This document shows, one piece after another, positions 16,361 to 25,943 of a stretch of 64,000 nt of DNA. Origin of the DNA: a virus. The stretch is from the IMG/VR virus record IMGVR_UViG_3300028393_000021. One strand, 5' to 3'. The notes beneath the pieces are model-generated. The model did not search any database. It was not told the origin of the DNA and saw only the letters and a program-made list of their open reading frames with translations. Numbering within the stretch: position 1 is the first letter of the stretch; every line of letters starts with the position of its first letter. Made by a program: the position numbers and the translations under genes.

Positions 16361-16566
16361 AGCTCAACTCCAAAATGTTTCATAAGAGCCTGATATCCGT
16401 TTGGACTAGCAGTTGCTTTACCAACAACATCAATACATTCTTTAATAATCAACTCGGCAGTACGATTTTGAATTTCTTTGATTTTATCGTAGCCCAACGC
16501 CACCCAAGTCTCGGGCACTATCTCATCTAGCACCTGTCCTGTGATTTGTTTAATTCGTTCGTTCAT
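16357..16566 (-). CDS. hypothetical protein, tandem paralog (MNERI...HFGVE family)
   Basis: Start MNERIKQ at 16566; AELIIKEC, HFGVEL. Confidence 0.7.
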   Translation of the reverse strand: MNERIKQITGQVLDEIVPETWVALGYDKIKEIQNRTAELIIKECIDVVGKATASPNGYQALMKHFGVEL

Positions 16567-16567
16567 A

Positions 16568-17395
16568 TCATACCTCAATTGTAAAGTTTGGATCAAAACC
16601 ATTACCGGATTCCCATGGAATATATCCTCTGGGATTACTTATTACTCTTGTCGTTCCTATATTGTAACTTACTGGGTCATGCATGTGACCGTGAAGAAAG
16701 TATTTTATATTAGGAAAATCTAAAATAAACTCACTCATGTCACTAGCATAGGCACCATTACTAGTAGTCTCATGTTTATACTTTTCATGTATACTCATGT
16801 AGCTAGGAGCCATATGTGTAATAATCACAAAAGGTTTATCTCTGTTCATTTCCAACACAGACTTAAAATACTGTTTGGTCTTACGATGAATAGCCACAGT
16901 ATGTTCCGGTGTCAATTTATGATAGAGACTTTTAGCAGGATAGAAGTTTTGAATAACCTTGTAGTCATTTATAAAACTTCTCATGGAATGAAGGGTAATA
17001 GGATCACCCTTGTTCATGTCGGTCCATAATGTAGCACCCATGAACATGACACCTTCATACTCTACTACTTCATCTTCCAGAATGGTCACGTTGGGGGGCA
17101 TCAAGGATTTTAAATCATTATAAGTTTTATCCAATCTATGATTATAGAATTCGTGATTTCCTAGCACATAGAACACTTTCTTATATTTGGCACATTCGTG
17201 ATAAAAGAAATCATAGGCATTCAATCCACCGGGAGTATAAGGAACTACGCGGGTGCTGTGAAAGTCCTTTTTGAGAGTTCGGTATTCACAGATATCTCCG
17301 GCTAATATCAATAAATCTCCTCCGGGAAGTGATTGGTATCCAAATTCAAGGTGAATATCGGAAACAAGGGATGCGTTAATTTTAGTGTTTATCAT
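16568..17395 (-). CDS. calcineurin-like metallophosphoesterase
   Basis: SDIHLE, LAGDI, GNHE, THMAP, HGHMH. Confidence 0.88.
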   Translation of the reverse strand: MINTKINASLVSDIHLEFGYQSLPGGDLLILAGDICEYRTLKKDFHSTRVVPYTPGGLNAYDFFYHECAKYKKVFYVLGNHEFYNHRLDKTYNDLKSLMPPNVTILEDEVVEYEGVMFMGATLWTDMNKGDPITLHSMRSFINDYKVIQNFYPAKSLYHKLTPEHTVAIHRKTKQYFKSVLEMNRDKPFVIITHMAPSYMSIHEKYKHETTSNGAYASDMSEFILDFPNIKYFLHGHMHDPVSYNIGTTRVISNPRGYIPWESGNGFDPNFTIEV

Positions 17396-17745
17396 GTTAT
17401 CTTTACCTTATATGTTTCTGCTCTATCACTATATAATTGATGACCCCGCTGTCTAATTAAGTCTGCTGTTTCTTGCGGGCATTCATTCCATTGTTTCCAC
17501 CAAAATGTTTCATCCATCTCTTTGGTGCAATCAATGGCATAGATTTCATAATGCCTGTGTGTATTAAATCTAGCCCGCAATAACAAACTTCGAACAATAT
17601 TGTCAAGAGGGTTTGGTATAGTTGTTTCGTCTTTTAGTAAACGCATTGTATTATCTCTGTCAACATGTTCATACTGAGAGATGGGTATAATTGCTTCGAT
17701 ACCTAACCGATCCCAACTAAATATAAATGCATTTTGCGTTGACAT
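17392..17745 (-). CDS. hypothetical protein (probably leaderless mRNA)
   Basis: ATG 17745 lies 6 nt after a consensus -10 box. Confidence 0.7.
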   Translation of the reverse strand: MSTQNAFIFSWDRLGIEAIIPISQYEHVDRDNTMRLLKDETTIPNPLDNIVRSLLLRARFNTHRHYEIYAIDCTKEMDETFWWKQWNECPQETADLIRQRGHQLYSDRAETYKVKIT

Positions 17746-17751
17746 GTTAAT

Positions 17752-17780
17752 ATTATACACTCAACTAATAATTTTGTCAA
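17752..17780 (-). promoter_or_regulatory. sigma70 promoter
   Basis: TTGACA-17-TATAAT. Confidence 0.85.
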
Positions 17781-17819
17781 GTGATTCTGTCTCACTAACT
17801 ACTAAAAAGGAACTGTTAC

Positions 17820-18242
17820 ATGATAGCAAAAATTAAAAAAACACTTTGGTTTGCCGCAGGGATATTATTCTTAGGTATAGCCTATATTGGTGTAATTGTT
17901 CCGGGCATCCCATGGTCTACCCCCAGTTTAATTGCCACCTATTGCTTTGCTCGTAGTAGTAAACGGTTTCATGACTACATGATAAATCATAAATTATTTG
18001 GACCTTTTATCCGAGATTGGCAAGAAGGTAGCGTATTTCCAACCAAAGGTAAATGGTTTATGTTTATTAGTATGGATGTTAGCCTTGTATTATTTTATCT
18101 AGCAACTCAAAATTGGAAAGCCACCATGGGTATGGGTATATTCTTTGCACTGATCATACTCTGGGCAAGTCGTTTGCCGGGTAGTAGGGAAGAAGCCGAA
18201 CGCAGAAAAGAATCCGGCCAAAAATTGGGTTGGTTCAAATAA
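17820..18242 (+). CDS. YbaN/DUF454 family inner-membrane protein
   Basis: GIAYIGVIVPGIPWSTPSLIATYCFARSS and HKLFGPFIRDW pattern. Confidence 0.8.
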   Translation: MIAKIKKTLWFAAGILFLGIAYIGVIVPGIPWSTPSLIATYCFARSSKRFHDYMINHKLFGPFIRDWQEGSVFPTKGKWFMFISMDVSLVLFYLATQNWKATMGMGIFFALIILWASRLPGSREEAERRKESGQKLGWFK

Positions 18243-18273
18243 TGCTGATTACAATATAATTAAAAAATGTAGA

Positions 18274-18669
18274 TTACTTTGTCAAACTTGCTAGACGCTT
18301 ATATTCTCTAGCAGTAGGATGCACATGATCCTTACTTAACTCTGCAATAGATATAGACTTATCTTCAAACTTATCTGCAACAATACTCACGGCTTCGGCG
18401 GCTGTTTTATTGTTAGCGGGTAATATCCAAACTACGTGTTTAGAACCAATTACTTGTCGTAGTGCAAACAATTCTTTAAGAGTTTTGATGTTCTTAGAAT
18501 CATTTGCACCCAAACTGACTACAACCGTATTAGCATTTAGATCACCTGCAATATGCTGATCAACAAACTTGCGACTTGTAATACCTACAGTAGCATAGGC
18601 AATGCACTCCGGACGGTGTTGTGCTATACCAACTGCGATACTATCTCCTAAGATTAGGCACCCTAACAT
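18274..18669 (-). CDS. SGNH/GDSL hydrolase-like protein
   Basis: LGDSIA, SLGAND, DHVHP. Confidence 0.75.
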   Translation of the reverse strand: MLGCLILGDSIAVGIAQHRPECIAYATVGITSRKFVDQHIAGDLNANTVVVSLGANDSKNIKTLKELFALRQVIGSKHVVWILPANNKTAAEAVSIVADKFEDKSISIAELSKDHVHPTAREYKRLASLTK

Positions 18670-18914
18670 TACATTTCCTTTAATTTCTTTATATCTTTAT
18701 GTTTGACTATAATGATGTTGTTTATAACATCGTTAAACTTGATTGGCAAATCTAAATGTATAGTAATACGAGGTCCTTCGATCTCATTGATCACAGTATC
18801 ATTACCCACTGTACCAATGAATGGGATTTTATTCCATTTGCCAAATACTCGATCACCTAAGAAATAAGATGGCCAGTATTTGGTCTTGTTAAAATAATCA
18901 GTCTGATTTGCCAT
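18669..18914 (-). CDS. hypothetical protein
   Basis: Probable start MANQTDYF at 18914. Confidence 0.6.
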   Translation of the reverse strand: MANQTDYFNKTKYWPSYFLGDRVFGKWNKIPFIGTVGNDTVINEIEGPRITIHLDLPIKFNDVINNIIIVKHKDIKKLKEM

Positions 18915-19185
18915 ACGTTTCCCAACAATTGTTCTTGTAATCCCAATGACGGCTGTCATAGATACTGATATCCAATTGATAACCAAATAGTCCTAATTCA
19001 AAACGAACACCTGCATGGTCATGTTGTACAGTCCAATTAAACTCAATTCGAAATAGTTCCGGAGTTTTCATAAACTGAACTTCCCAGAATTTATGCTGGA
19101 AAGGAGTTTTTCCAGACTTGCACCAACGGCTCTCAAATCGATCCCACCATTTGGGATTTTGGATATTGAGATTAAGGTATATCAT
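18898..19185 (-). CDS. hypothetical protein
   Basis: 95-aa ORF overlapping its neighbours. Confidence 0.65.
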   Translation of the reverse strand: MIYLNLNIQNPKWWDRFESRWCKSGKTPFQHKFWEVQFMKTPELFRIEFNWTVQHDHAGVRFELGLFGYQLDISIYDSRHWDYKNNCWETYGKSD

Positions 19186-19406
19186 ACAATGTGACCAAGC
19201 ACTTGGTAAATCAACCGATCCAATTCTATTTGGTAATCGTGATTACCTAGACGGCGTTTGAGCCAGATCTTTTCTACTAAATCTTTAATGTTTGATGGAT
19301 TACTCACTTGCATTAAACCGCGTGATTCTAGTTCGTCAATCAATTCAGAGTCGTCAAACTCTTCCAAGTCAACTTCAACTTCTGTATAAACTGTTTTATA
19401 GGTCAT
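19182..19406 (-). CDS. hypothetical protein
   Basis: 74 aa, acidic N-terminus. Confidence 0.65.
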   Translation of the reverse strand: MTYKTVYTEVEVDLEEFDDSELIDELESRGLMQVSNPSNIKDLVEKIWLKRRLGNHDYQIELDRLIYQVLGHIV

Positions 19407-19407
19407 A

Positions 19408-19938
19408 TTATCTTTCTCTTATTTTAAGTTTAGCGTAGATGTTTTGCACACCTACACTTTGCCGAATAGCATCCTGCAGAGCATCGTGTTTGGCACCCTG
19501 TGGCATCTCTGGATCATAGCCTAGATCGAACAGTGTGCGAGTGTCACGTAGTTGCCAATAGTTCCAAGGCAGTGGTTTGCCAAGCTGACTATAGATATCT
19601 TGGATAATCATTAAGTCAAAGGTAGCACCGTGACTCCAAAATGTGTCACATCCCCAAGCAAACTTGTGGAATTGGTCGATAGCATCGACTAAAGGAATTC
19701 TGCCTTCTTCGCTGAATGCTTCTTCCATAATTACTGGATCTTGCCGCCCCCACCATTCCAAAGTTTTTGGATCCACTTCTCTACCCAATGCATCTTGATC
19801 GTCAATATTAATTTTAAAATAGAGCTTGTCCCCGTATCCGTTTCCATATGGATTAAAGTGTACCGCACCTAGGGATAATACAGTAGCTTTTGGAGAGACT
19901 GCCATAGTCTCTAAATCTAGCATCATATGACGAGACAT
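19408..19938 (-). CDS. DEDDh 3'-5' exonuclease (ExoVIII/RNase AS-like)
   Basis: MLDLET, WSHGATFD, RDTRT, HDALQDA. Confidence 0.85.
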   Translation of the reverse strand: MSRHMMLDLETMAVSPKATVLSLGAVHFNPYGNGYGDKLYFKINIDDQDALGREVDPKTLEWWGRQDPVIMEEAFSEEGRIPLVDAIDQFHKFAWGCDTFWSHGATFDLMIIQDIYSQLGKPLPWNYWQLRDTRTLFDLGYDPEMPQGAKHDALQDAIRQSVGVQNIYAKLKIRER

Positions 19939-19964
19939 AAATTACTTTCTATATGTAAAAGTAT

Positions 19965-19993
19965 AGTTTAACAGGATATATTATATTTGTCAA
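19965..19993 (-). promoter_or_regulatory. sigma70 promoter
   Basis: TTGACA-17-TAAACT. Confidence 0.65.
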
Positions 19994-19997
19994 CCGC

Positions 19998-20423
19998 TTA
20001 ACAATCTAAATGTGCGTTCATCCAATCTCTAAATTGGATCCATTCTTCTTTGAGTATATCTCGTTTCCAAATGTTATAGATCAAAGGAACAATAACCAAA
20101 TTATCAATTGTCAATGCTCCGCCTTTGACTCTGGGTATTTTATGATCCGGACTAGGCATATGCATAAAATCATCTGTAACTTTATTAGCACCCATTCCAT
20201 AACAGACTTTTCTATCTCCAAAGTAGTCCGGACTAATTGCATACAGCTCCTCGGGTGTTGCATCGTAATCGGGTTGCCTACTCCAATAAATACAACGTAG
20301 CATTTTCAAATCCATACGCCCTTCCATAACTGCCAGATGGTAGTCACCGTTAATATAGGTGGCTGCATCTGGCATCTTGTTAGGACGAGCCTCGATAGCT
20401 AGGATCAGCTCGTTAGTTGTCAT
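19998..20423 (-). CDS. HNH endonuclease
   Basis: PSPDHKIPRVKGGALTIDNLVIVPLIYNIWK; start MTTNEL coupled to the upstream stop (TAATG). Confidence 0.75.
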   Translation of the reverse strand: MTTNELILAIEARPNKMPDAATYINGDYHLAVMEGRMDLKMLRCIYWSRQPDYDATPEELYAISPDYFGDRKVCYGMGANKVTDDFMHMPSPDHKIPRVKGGALTIDNLVIVPLIYNIWKRDILKEEWIQFRDWMNAHLDC

Positions 20424-21649
20424 TATGACGTCAACCAACTATGTACACGGATTGTCTCACCGTACTTGTTCACCGGAGCAGTCATTGAGTATTTGTTACC
20501 TTTTGACACATAGACATGATACAATGCATGTCCAACTTTAATCTCAGGACCAATGCCGTTACCTTTGCCGTACTCGTCATTAACCGCTTTCTTACAGCTA
20601 GCATGAAGACTTTCACTACCTGTACCAAACTCGTCTAAAACAATCGTTGACAGGTGTTCCAGTTTGGGATTAGTCAAACTGCCTTTATCAAAAGATGTCT
20701 TTAAATCTGGAATAGTCCAAGTTACATCTTGTTGACTGATCAAATTAGTTAATCCCAGCAAGTTTGCAGACTTGATAGTTTGATCATCGTAGCATCGAAT
20801 ATGCACTGCGGCGGCAATGTCCATGTTTGCAATGCCCATACGAGCCGACTTCAACAAATCGCCCATGTGACTAATACCTCGATTGCTACTAGCTGCCGGA
20901 TCATTAGCACGGCAAATACGAATCTTCCAACGAGTCGCCCAATGTTTAATATCCAACATTTCTTGATCTTCGCGGAATGGCTTCTTACCGCCATTGATAT
21001 AAATTTCTGCACGGCTTGAGCGATTACGATAGTTGTCATACGGCTCGCTGGGCAAGTTATCTACATTACATGCACAGAACTGATCAATATCAACTGTGAT
21101 GTCGTCACTGATACGATATTGCACAGCCATATATCGCATACCAAAGAACAAACAAGCAACAGTGCGATGTTGGCCGTCGTTAACATAAACATAGTTGGAT
21201 GAGTCTTTACGACCGATAGCGTTAAACACACTCCATGGGTCAAACTTAAAAACAATGCCAATACAATGGCGAAGATACAAGATACGCTGACTGCCATAAT
21301 TAATCATCAAAATTTCTACAGGATGCCGTTCTGTTCCTTCCATGGGCATGATATTAAATTGTGGGAAATCAACACCCCACAGAGCTTTGCTGTCGGCAAG
21401 ATTCCGCAAGGCCAATTTCCAGCTATCAAGGATTGACAGCATTCCTCCTCGGGTTTGGTCCACCCACAATTTTTCTGGAATCTTTTCAAGACGTTCTGCT
21501 ATGTCTTTTTGACTGAGTTGTCGATAATCAACTCGTTGATTTTTTGGACCAAAAATCAATTCTAGATTTTCTCCAAATTCTTCTTTAATTGTATCAGCGT
21601 ATCCATAGTTTGGAAATGGATTGGCCATAATTTGAGATGCTTGTGTCAT
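20423..21649 (-). CDS. DGQHR/ParB-like N-terminal domain protein
   Basis: YVNDGQHRT motif; 408 aa. Confidence 0.7.
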   Translation of the reverse strand: MTQASQIMANPFPNYGYADTIKEEFGENLELIFGPKNQRVDYRQLSQKDIAERLEKIPEKLWVDQTRGGMLSILDSWKLALRNLADSKALWGVDFPQFNIMPMEGTERHPVEILMINYGSQRILYLRHCIGIVFKFDPWSVFNAIGRKDSSNYVYVNDGQHRTVACLFFGMRYMAVQYRISDDITVDIDQFCACNVDNLPSEPYDNYRNRSSRAEIYINGGKKPFREDQEMLDIKHWATRWKIRICRANDPAASSNRGISHMGDLLKSARMGIANMDIAAAVHIRCYDDQTIKSANLLGLTNLISQQDVTWTIPDLKTSFDKGSLTNPKLEHLSTIVLDEFGTGSESLHASCKKAVNDEYGKGNGIGPEIKVGHALYHVYVSKGNKYSMTAPVNKYGETIRVHSWLTS

Positions 21650-21703
21650 AATGTTTTCTTATCCAAAAGAGTTAAACTTGTTAGCACCACGCTAACAGTA
21701 TAT

Positions 21704-21732
21704 ATTATACACTAAACTTAGAAGGCTGTCAA
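21704..21732 (-). promoter_or_regulatory. sigma70 promoter for the DGQHR-HNH pair
   Basis: TTGACA-17-TATAAT; the -35 box overlaps the rpsU stop codon. Confidence 0.85.
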
Positions 21733-21962
21733 TACATTTTTTTAGGTAATTGCTGATCGCGTAGCTTTTTATTCCAGCGAGCCTTGGCAGCTCCCTTTTT
21801 ACGCTTACGCTCAGTAGTGGGTTTTTCATAAAACATTTTGGCTCGTACAGTTTCCAGTACTCCTGAATCTTCTACTTTTTGTTTGAACTTTCTAAGTGCA
21901 ACTGCTAGGGGTAAATCTCCTACAAGTATTTTATTACCTAGTAATTTATTTTGTTTGCTCAT
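21729..21962 (-). CDS. rpsU: ribosomal protein bS21
   Basis: [35 protein letters not shown]. Confidence 0.88.
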   Translation of the reverse strand: MSKQNKLLGNKILVGDLPLAVALRKFKQKVEDSGVLETVRAKMFYEKPTTERKRKKGAAKARWNKKLRDQQLPKKMY

Positions 21963-23178
21963 TTTTATTTTTATCAAAAATCATCGTGGCTGATTTGCCA
22001 TCAATCGTATCTTTAGTTATCCGAATTGTATTCAAACCGCGTTCTACTAAATCAACAGCATCAAATTGATAGGGCAATAGGACTTTTTCAATTATGTTTT
22101 TTAATCCGCGAGCATTTGTTTCTAGTTCTTTAGCTTTGGCTGCAATACTGAGCATTGAGTCATGGTCAAATTCTAATGTAATATTATCCAAATTAAACAT
22201 ATATTCATATTGTTTAATTGGGCTATTCTTTGTTTTGGTAAGAATTTCTACTAACTGTTCTTCGGTAAGTTCATCGACGTTGGTAATGAGTCCAAACCTT
22301 CCAACGAATTCTGGGATAAGACCAAATTTAATAAGATCTTTAGTAATTACTTCTTGAAATACATTTTTATCATCTTCTGCATTACTAAAGTTTGCATGAA
22401 ATCCCACTGAACGTTTACCCATTCGTTGCTTAATAATTTTATCTAAACCAACAAACGCACCTCCGCAAATAAACAATATACTTCGAGTATCAATTTCTTG
22501 CATATCGCTACCAGGATGCTTTCTTTTACTATTTGAAGGTATTCGCATTACACAACCTTCGATCATTTTTAACAATGCTTGTTGTACACCCTCACCACTT
22601 ACGTCTCTGGTAATACTGGCACTTTCGCCTTTACGTGCAATTTTGTCGATTTCATCAATGTAAACAATACCTCTACTAGCTTTTTCAATATCGCCATCGG
22701 CTTCGCTGATTAAACGAGTAAGAATACTTTCTACATCATCACCCACATATCCTGCTTCTGTAATTCCTGTTGCATCACATATAGCAAATGGGAGGTCTAG
22801 ATATTGTGCAATTTTCCTAGCCATCATTGTTTTACCACAACCAGTTGGACCAAGTAATAACACATTGGTTTTTTCTAATTCGATAGAAGTACTAGGGTTG
22901 TTTATTCTTTTAAAATGTTGACTAACTGCTACACTTAAAGAAATTTTAGCCTGGTCTTGTCCTATAATGTATTCGTCTAAATAGTCTTTGATCAACACTG
23001 GATTTAGTAATTTACTTGTATCGGCGGGAACTTTTACTTTTTCGTCTACAAGTATATCAACACAGAGATCAACACAATCATTACAAATTGCTGCAAGGCC
23101 ACCGACAATTAACTTCTCTACATCTTCTTTACTTTTTCCGCAAAAATCACAACTGTGAGTTTTTTCCGATTTTGCCAT
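21946..23178 (-). CDS. clpX: ATP-dependent Clp protease ATPase ClpX
   Basis: C4 zinc domain CDFC...[36 protein letters not shown]. Confidence 0.95.
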   Translation of the reverse strand: MAKSEKTHSCDFCGKSKEDVEKLIVGGLAAICNDCVDLCVDILVDEKVKVPADTSKLLNPVLIKDYLDEYIIGQDQAKISLSVAVSQHFKRINNPSTSIELEKTNVLLLGPTGCGKTMMARKIAQYLDLPFAICDATGITEAGYVGDDVESILTRLISEADGDIEKASRGIVYIDEIDKIARKGESASITRDVSGEGVQQALLKMIEGCVMRIPSNSKRKHPGSDMQEIDTRSILFICGGAFVGLDKIIKQRMGKRSVGFHANFSNAEDDKNVFQEVITKDLIKFGLIPEFVGRFGLITNVDELTEEQLVEILTKTKNSPIKQYEYMFNLDNITLEFDHDSMLSIAAKAKELETNARGLKNIIEKVLLPYQFDAVDLVERGLNTIRITKDTIDGKSATMIFDKNKNEQTK

Positions 23179-23560
23179 TAAATGTTCTTTCTAAAAAGGT
23201 TTGTATAGTAGTTATTCGATTTTGATTTATGTAATGATAAACTGCGGATTCATTTTCATCGTCGGTTTTATAATATGTATTTTTCTTACCTACTATATAC
23301 CCGCTCAATGCAGAGGTAGCATAGTTAAGTCCGTCTAGGTCTATATACTTATATTCGCATCTTGCCAAGGCGTGCAAGAACCATGGTACATCTATTTCAT
23401 GATCATAAAAATATATATTCACATGCTCGGTTAAATCAGCCTTGGCTAGCCATTCGCTAACTGTAGCTTGATCATCATCACTAAGGTGAATGAACAATAT
23501 ACTAAATGATTCATTCTCAAAAAAATCAGGAGGAGTTATTAATGTTATTTTGTTATTCAT
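23147..23560 (-). CDS. hypothetical protein
   Basis: 137-aa ORF in operon. Confidence 0.7.
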   Translation of the reverse strand: MNNKITLITPPDFFENESFSILFIHLSDDDQATVSEWLAKADLTEHVNIYFYDHEIDVPWFLHALARCEYKYIDLDGLNYATSALSGYIVGKKNTYYKTDDENESAVYHYINQNRITTIQTFLERTFNGKIGKNSQL

Positions 23561-24903
23561 TATATACGTTTTTTAACTGCTTCCATCATATCAGGATGTA
23601 ATTCTGACAGACGAATTTTTTTGGCTTTTATAAGATCAATATATTTTTGAACTTCTGGTGAGGGACGATCGTTATATGGGTCTTCGTTATTTGTAGCTGT
23701 TTCACTGGTCTTTATATATTCTTCTTTGCTTATTAAATTAGACGACCAAAGATTGCTTTCGTTTTGTTCTTCATTTTGAATATATACTGATTCTTTAATT
23801 TGTTCAATTTGAATATTAGTTATTGGAACATTATCCAGCTCGTACACAGGTTCTTCAATTACACCACATTTTTTGTTAGGGCAGAATAATCCTATACCTG
23901 GTACATTAATTAGTTCAGTTTCACACTTGTTACAATCAATAGGTTCAAATTGTGTAATAGTAGTGCCAACACTAACTACGTTAGTAGGTTCTTGACGGTC
24001 ATCCTCCGCTAATTTTTTTAATTGTTCAGTTTGTTGATCTGTTAATGGTCCGTTATCAGGTTCATAATCGAGCATTAAATTTTTACGGTCTCTAAACTCT
24101 TGAAAACTTGTTTGACTAGCTAATAATAGTATAACTGCTAATGGATCAAACACCACAATTAATGTAATGATAACCCACGTAACTGATTTTTCTAAAACAC
24201 TAGGATCAGTGTTACCATAGAAGAATGCGGCTATATATTTTATTGGTCCTACTTCAGCTTCTACCTTGCGGACCTCGGCCGCAATTGGCGCACGTTCTTC
24301 GCTAAGTGCGGCAATAGTTTTCTGTTCGGCTTGGATCTCAGACTGAAGGCGGGCACGTTCTTTAAGTTGTGAGCGGCGTAGCCCAACTGCTTTGTCCGCA
24401 CCTGTTTCCGAACTGCTTCTTGCCATGACCTGGTCCACAGCTTCATCCATCTGTTTAAGAGCCTGACGGTTTGCATCGATATTGTCCTTACTGGTTTTAA
24501 TTTTTTCATCATATATTGCAATCTTACTGATAACATCCCCACTAACTAAATTTTGATCACTATGTGCCTTACTTAAGAATCCAAAGATTCCTATGCTGGT
24601 AATGATCATCAATACCACAATAGCAGTAAAAAGATATGTTTTAATTAAAAGTGGAGCAGTCTTCCAATTTTGTTTGAGCCAAACTGTGGCTACTAACTTA
24701 CTGATTTCTAATGTAGTTCCCATAATGATAATAGGAATAATAGCCGCGGCAAAAATAGCAGTAAGACCTACTACGCTATAATAAACTGCTACTGCTGAAA
24801 TTGATAATCCACTTAGTAGTGCTAGGTATGCTATAAATTTTTCAATGAGTGTAGGTTTCATAAGGTATTTATCGGCGTAATTTTGCCTGGTTTGATTATA
24901 CAT
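23560..24903 (-). CDS. membrane protein with long coiled coil (probable start MKPTL at 24861)
   Basis: Three N-terminal TM segments, coiled coil, further TM segment (VIITLIVVFDPLAVILLLA), CxxC motifs. Confidence 0.7.
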   Translation of the reverse strand: MYNQTRQNYADKYLMKPTLIEKFIAYLALLSGLSISAVAVYYSVVGLTAIFAAAIIPIIIMGTTLEISKLVATVWLKQNWKTAPLLIKTYLFTAIVVLMIITSIGIFGFLSKAHSDQNLVSGDVISKIAIYDEKIKTSKDNIDANRQALKQMDEAVDQVMARSSSETGADKAVGLRRSQLKERARLQSEIQAEQKTIAALSEERAPIAAEVRKVEAEVGPIKYIAAFFYGNTDPSVLEKSVTWVIITLIVVFDPLAVILLLASQTSFQEFRDRKNLMLDYEPDNGPLTDQQTEQLKKLAEDDRQEPTNVVSVGTTITQFEPIDCNKCETELINVPGIGLFCPNKKCGVIEEPVYELDNVPITNIQIEQIKESVYIQNEEQNESNLWSSNLISKEEYIKTSETATNNEDPYNDRPSPEVQKYIDLIKAKKIRLSELHPDMMEAVKKRI

Positions 24904-24923
24904 ATCATCTTATTACCAGTGTA

Positions 24924-25325
24924 TTAACGTCTCATTCGGGCAATATCTACAATGTGATCACTATTGAATACAGGCACGGCGTTTGATTTGGCCATTTGGG
25001 ATATTCCTAACATTTCAGTTCCAGTATACATCTGTGTAGGTTTAAGAATAGCCACACCCCCACTATCCCTACTAGGGATATGTTTTGTATTTGTACGTCC
25101 AATTGGAGTTTCAAGTTTGTAGACTAAGGGTTCAGCAACCATTGCTCTTTTTCTTTTTTTCTCTTCTTGCTCAATACCTTGACGTTTGAGCAAATCTTTC
25201 CAATCTGATTCTAACTCTCGATGTTTACGAGCTGCTTCAGCATTACGGAATTTAAATTTACCTCGTGATTTTCCATTAGTGGTCAGTGCGGGTCCTGCAA
25301 GATGAAATGACATACAAAAACTCAA
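24924..25325 (-). CDS. conserved T4-like phage hypothetical protein
   Basis: YTGTEMLGISQMAKSNAVPVF...DIARMRR C-terminal motif. Confidence 0.6.
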   Translation of the reverse strand: MSFCMSFHLAGPALTTNGKSRGKFKFRNAEAARKHRELESDWKDLLKRQGIEQEEKKRKRAMVAEPLVYKLETPIGRTNTKHIPSRDSGGVAILKPTQMYTGTEMLGISQMAKSNAVPVFNSDHIVDIARMRR

Positions 25326-25457
25326 TTGTTGATATGTTACTATTATATAACAGAATTAATAAAAAAGCAAGAGTAATTTTTCCAACAAAAAAGGGTTCCT
25401 CAAGGAACCCTTTTTATACTAAAACGCAAGAGAATTTGGTAATTTATTCTATTAAAT

Positions 25458-25943
25458 TTAAAAAACTTTTCTAGCTAAACTTAAAAACGATGGATTTTTA
25501 TTAGTTATAAAGTCGTCAAATTGATCCGTTAACTCTTCTAACGATTGTGGTTTATATATCTTGATATTTGGCAAACATGCTAGGATCTCATCTGCATCAT
25601 GTGCCCAATGTGATAGTCCATCATGAGAGTAATCTTTATTTCTTCCACTTCCAATTAGTTTGACTGGAATATTTTCTGCATCAAGATAATTACGCAAGAA
25701 TTCGAATGGACGATATAGAACAAAACTACTCATACTATAGCAAACAGGAATTTTACCTTGCTCAGCAAGGCCGATACCAGCACCAATCAGTAATTGCTCT
25801 GCTGCACCAACATTGTAGAATCTGTCTGGATGTGTATCACGCACCACATCGAGCAATCCAAATCCTAAATCTGCGGTAAGCAAAATCACATCTTTGTTTT
25901 CTGTCATCTTTTGTGACAGGAGATTCATGCATGTTTTTCTCAT
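25458..25943 (-). CDS. transketolase-like pyrimidine-binding subunit (no C-terminal domain)
   Basis: TADLG, NVGAAEQ, GLAEQG, HDGLSH. Confidence 0.85.
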   Translation of the reverse strand: MRKTCMNLLSQKMTENKDVILLTADLGFGLLDVVRDTHPDRFYNVGAAEQLLIGAGIGLAEQGKIPVCYSMSSFVLYRPFEFLRNYLDAENIPVKLIGSGRNKDYSHDGLSHWAHDADEILACLPNIKIYKPQSLEELTDQFDDFITNKNPSFLSLARKVF

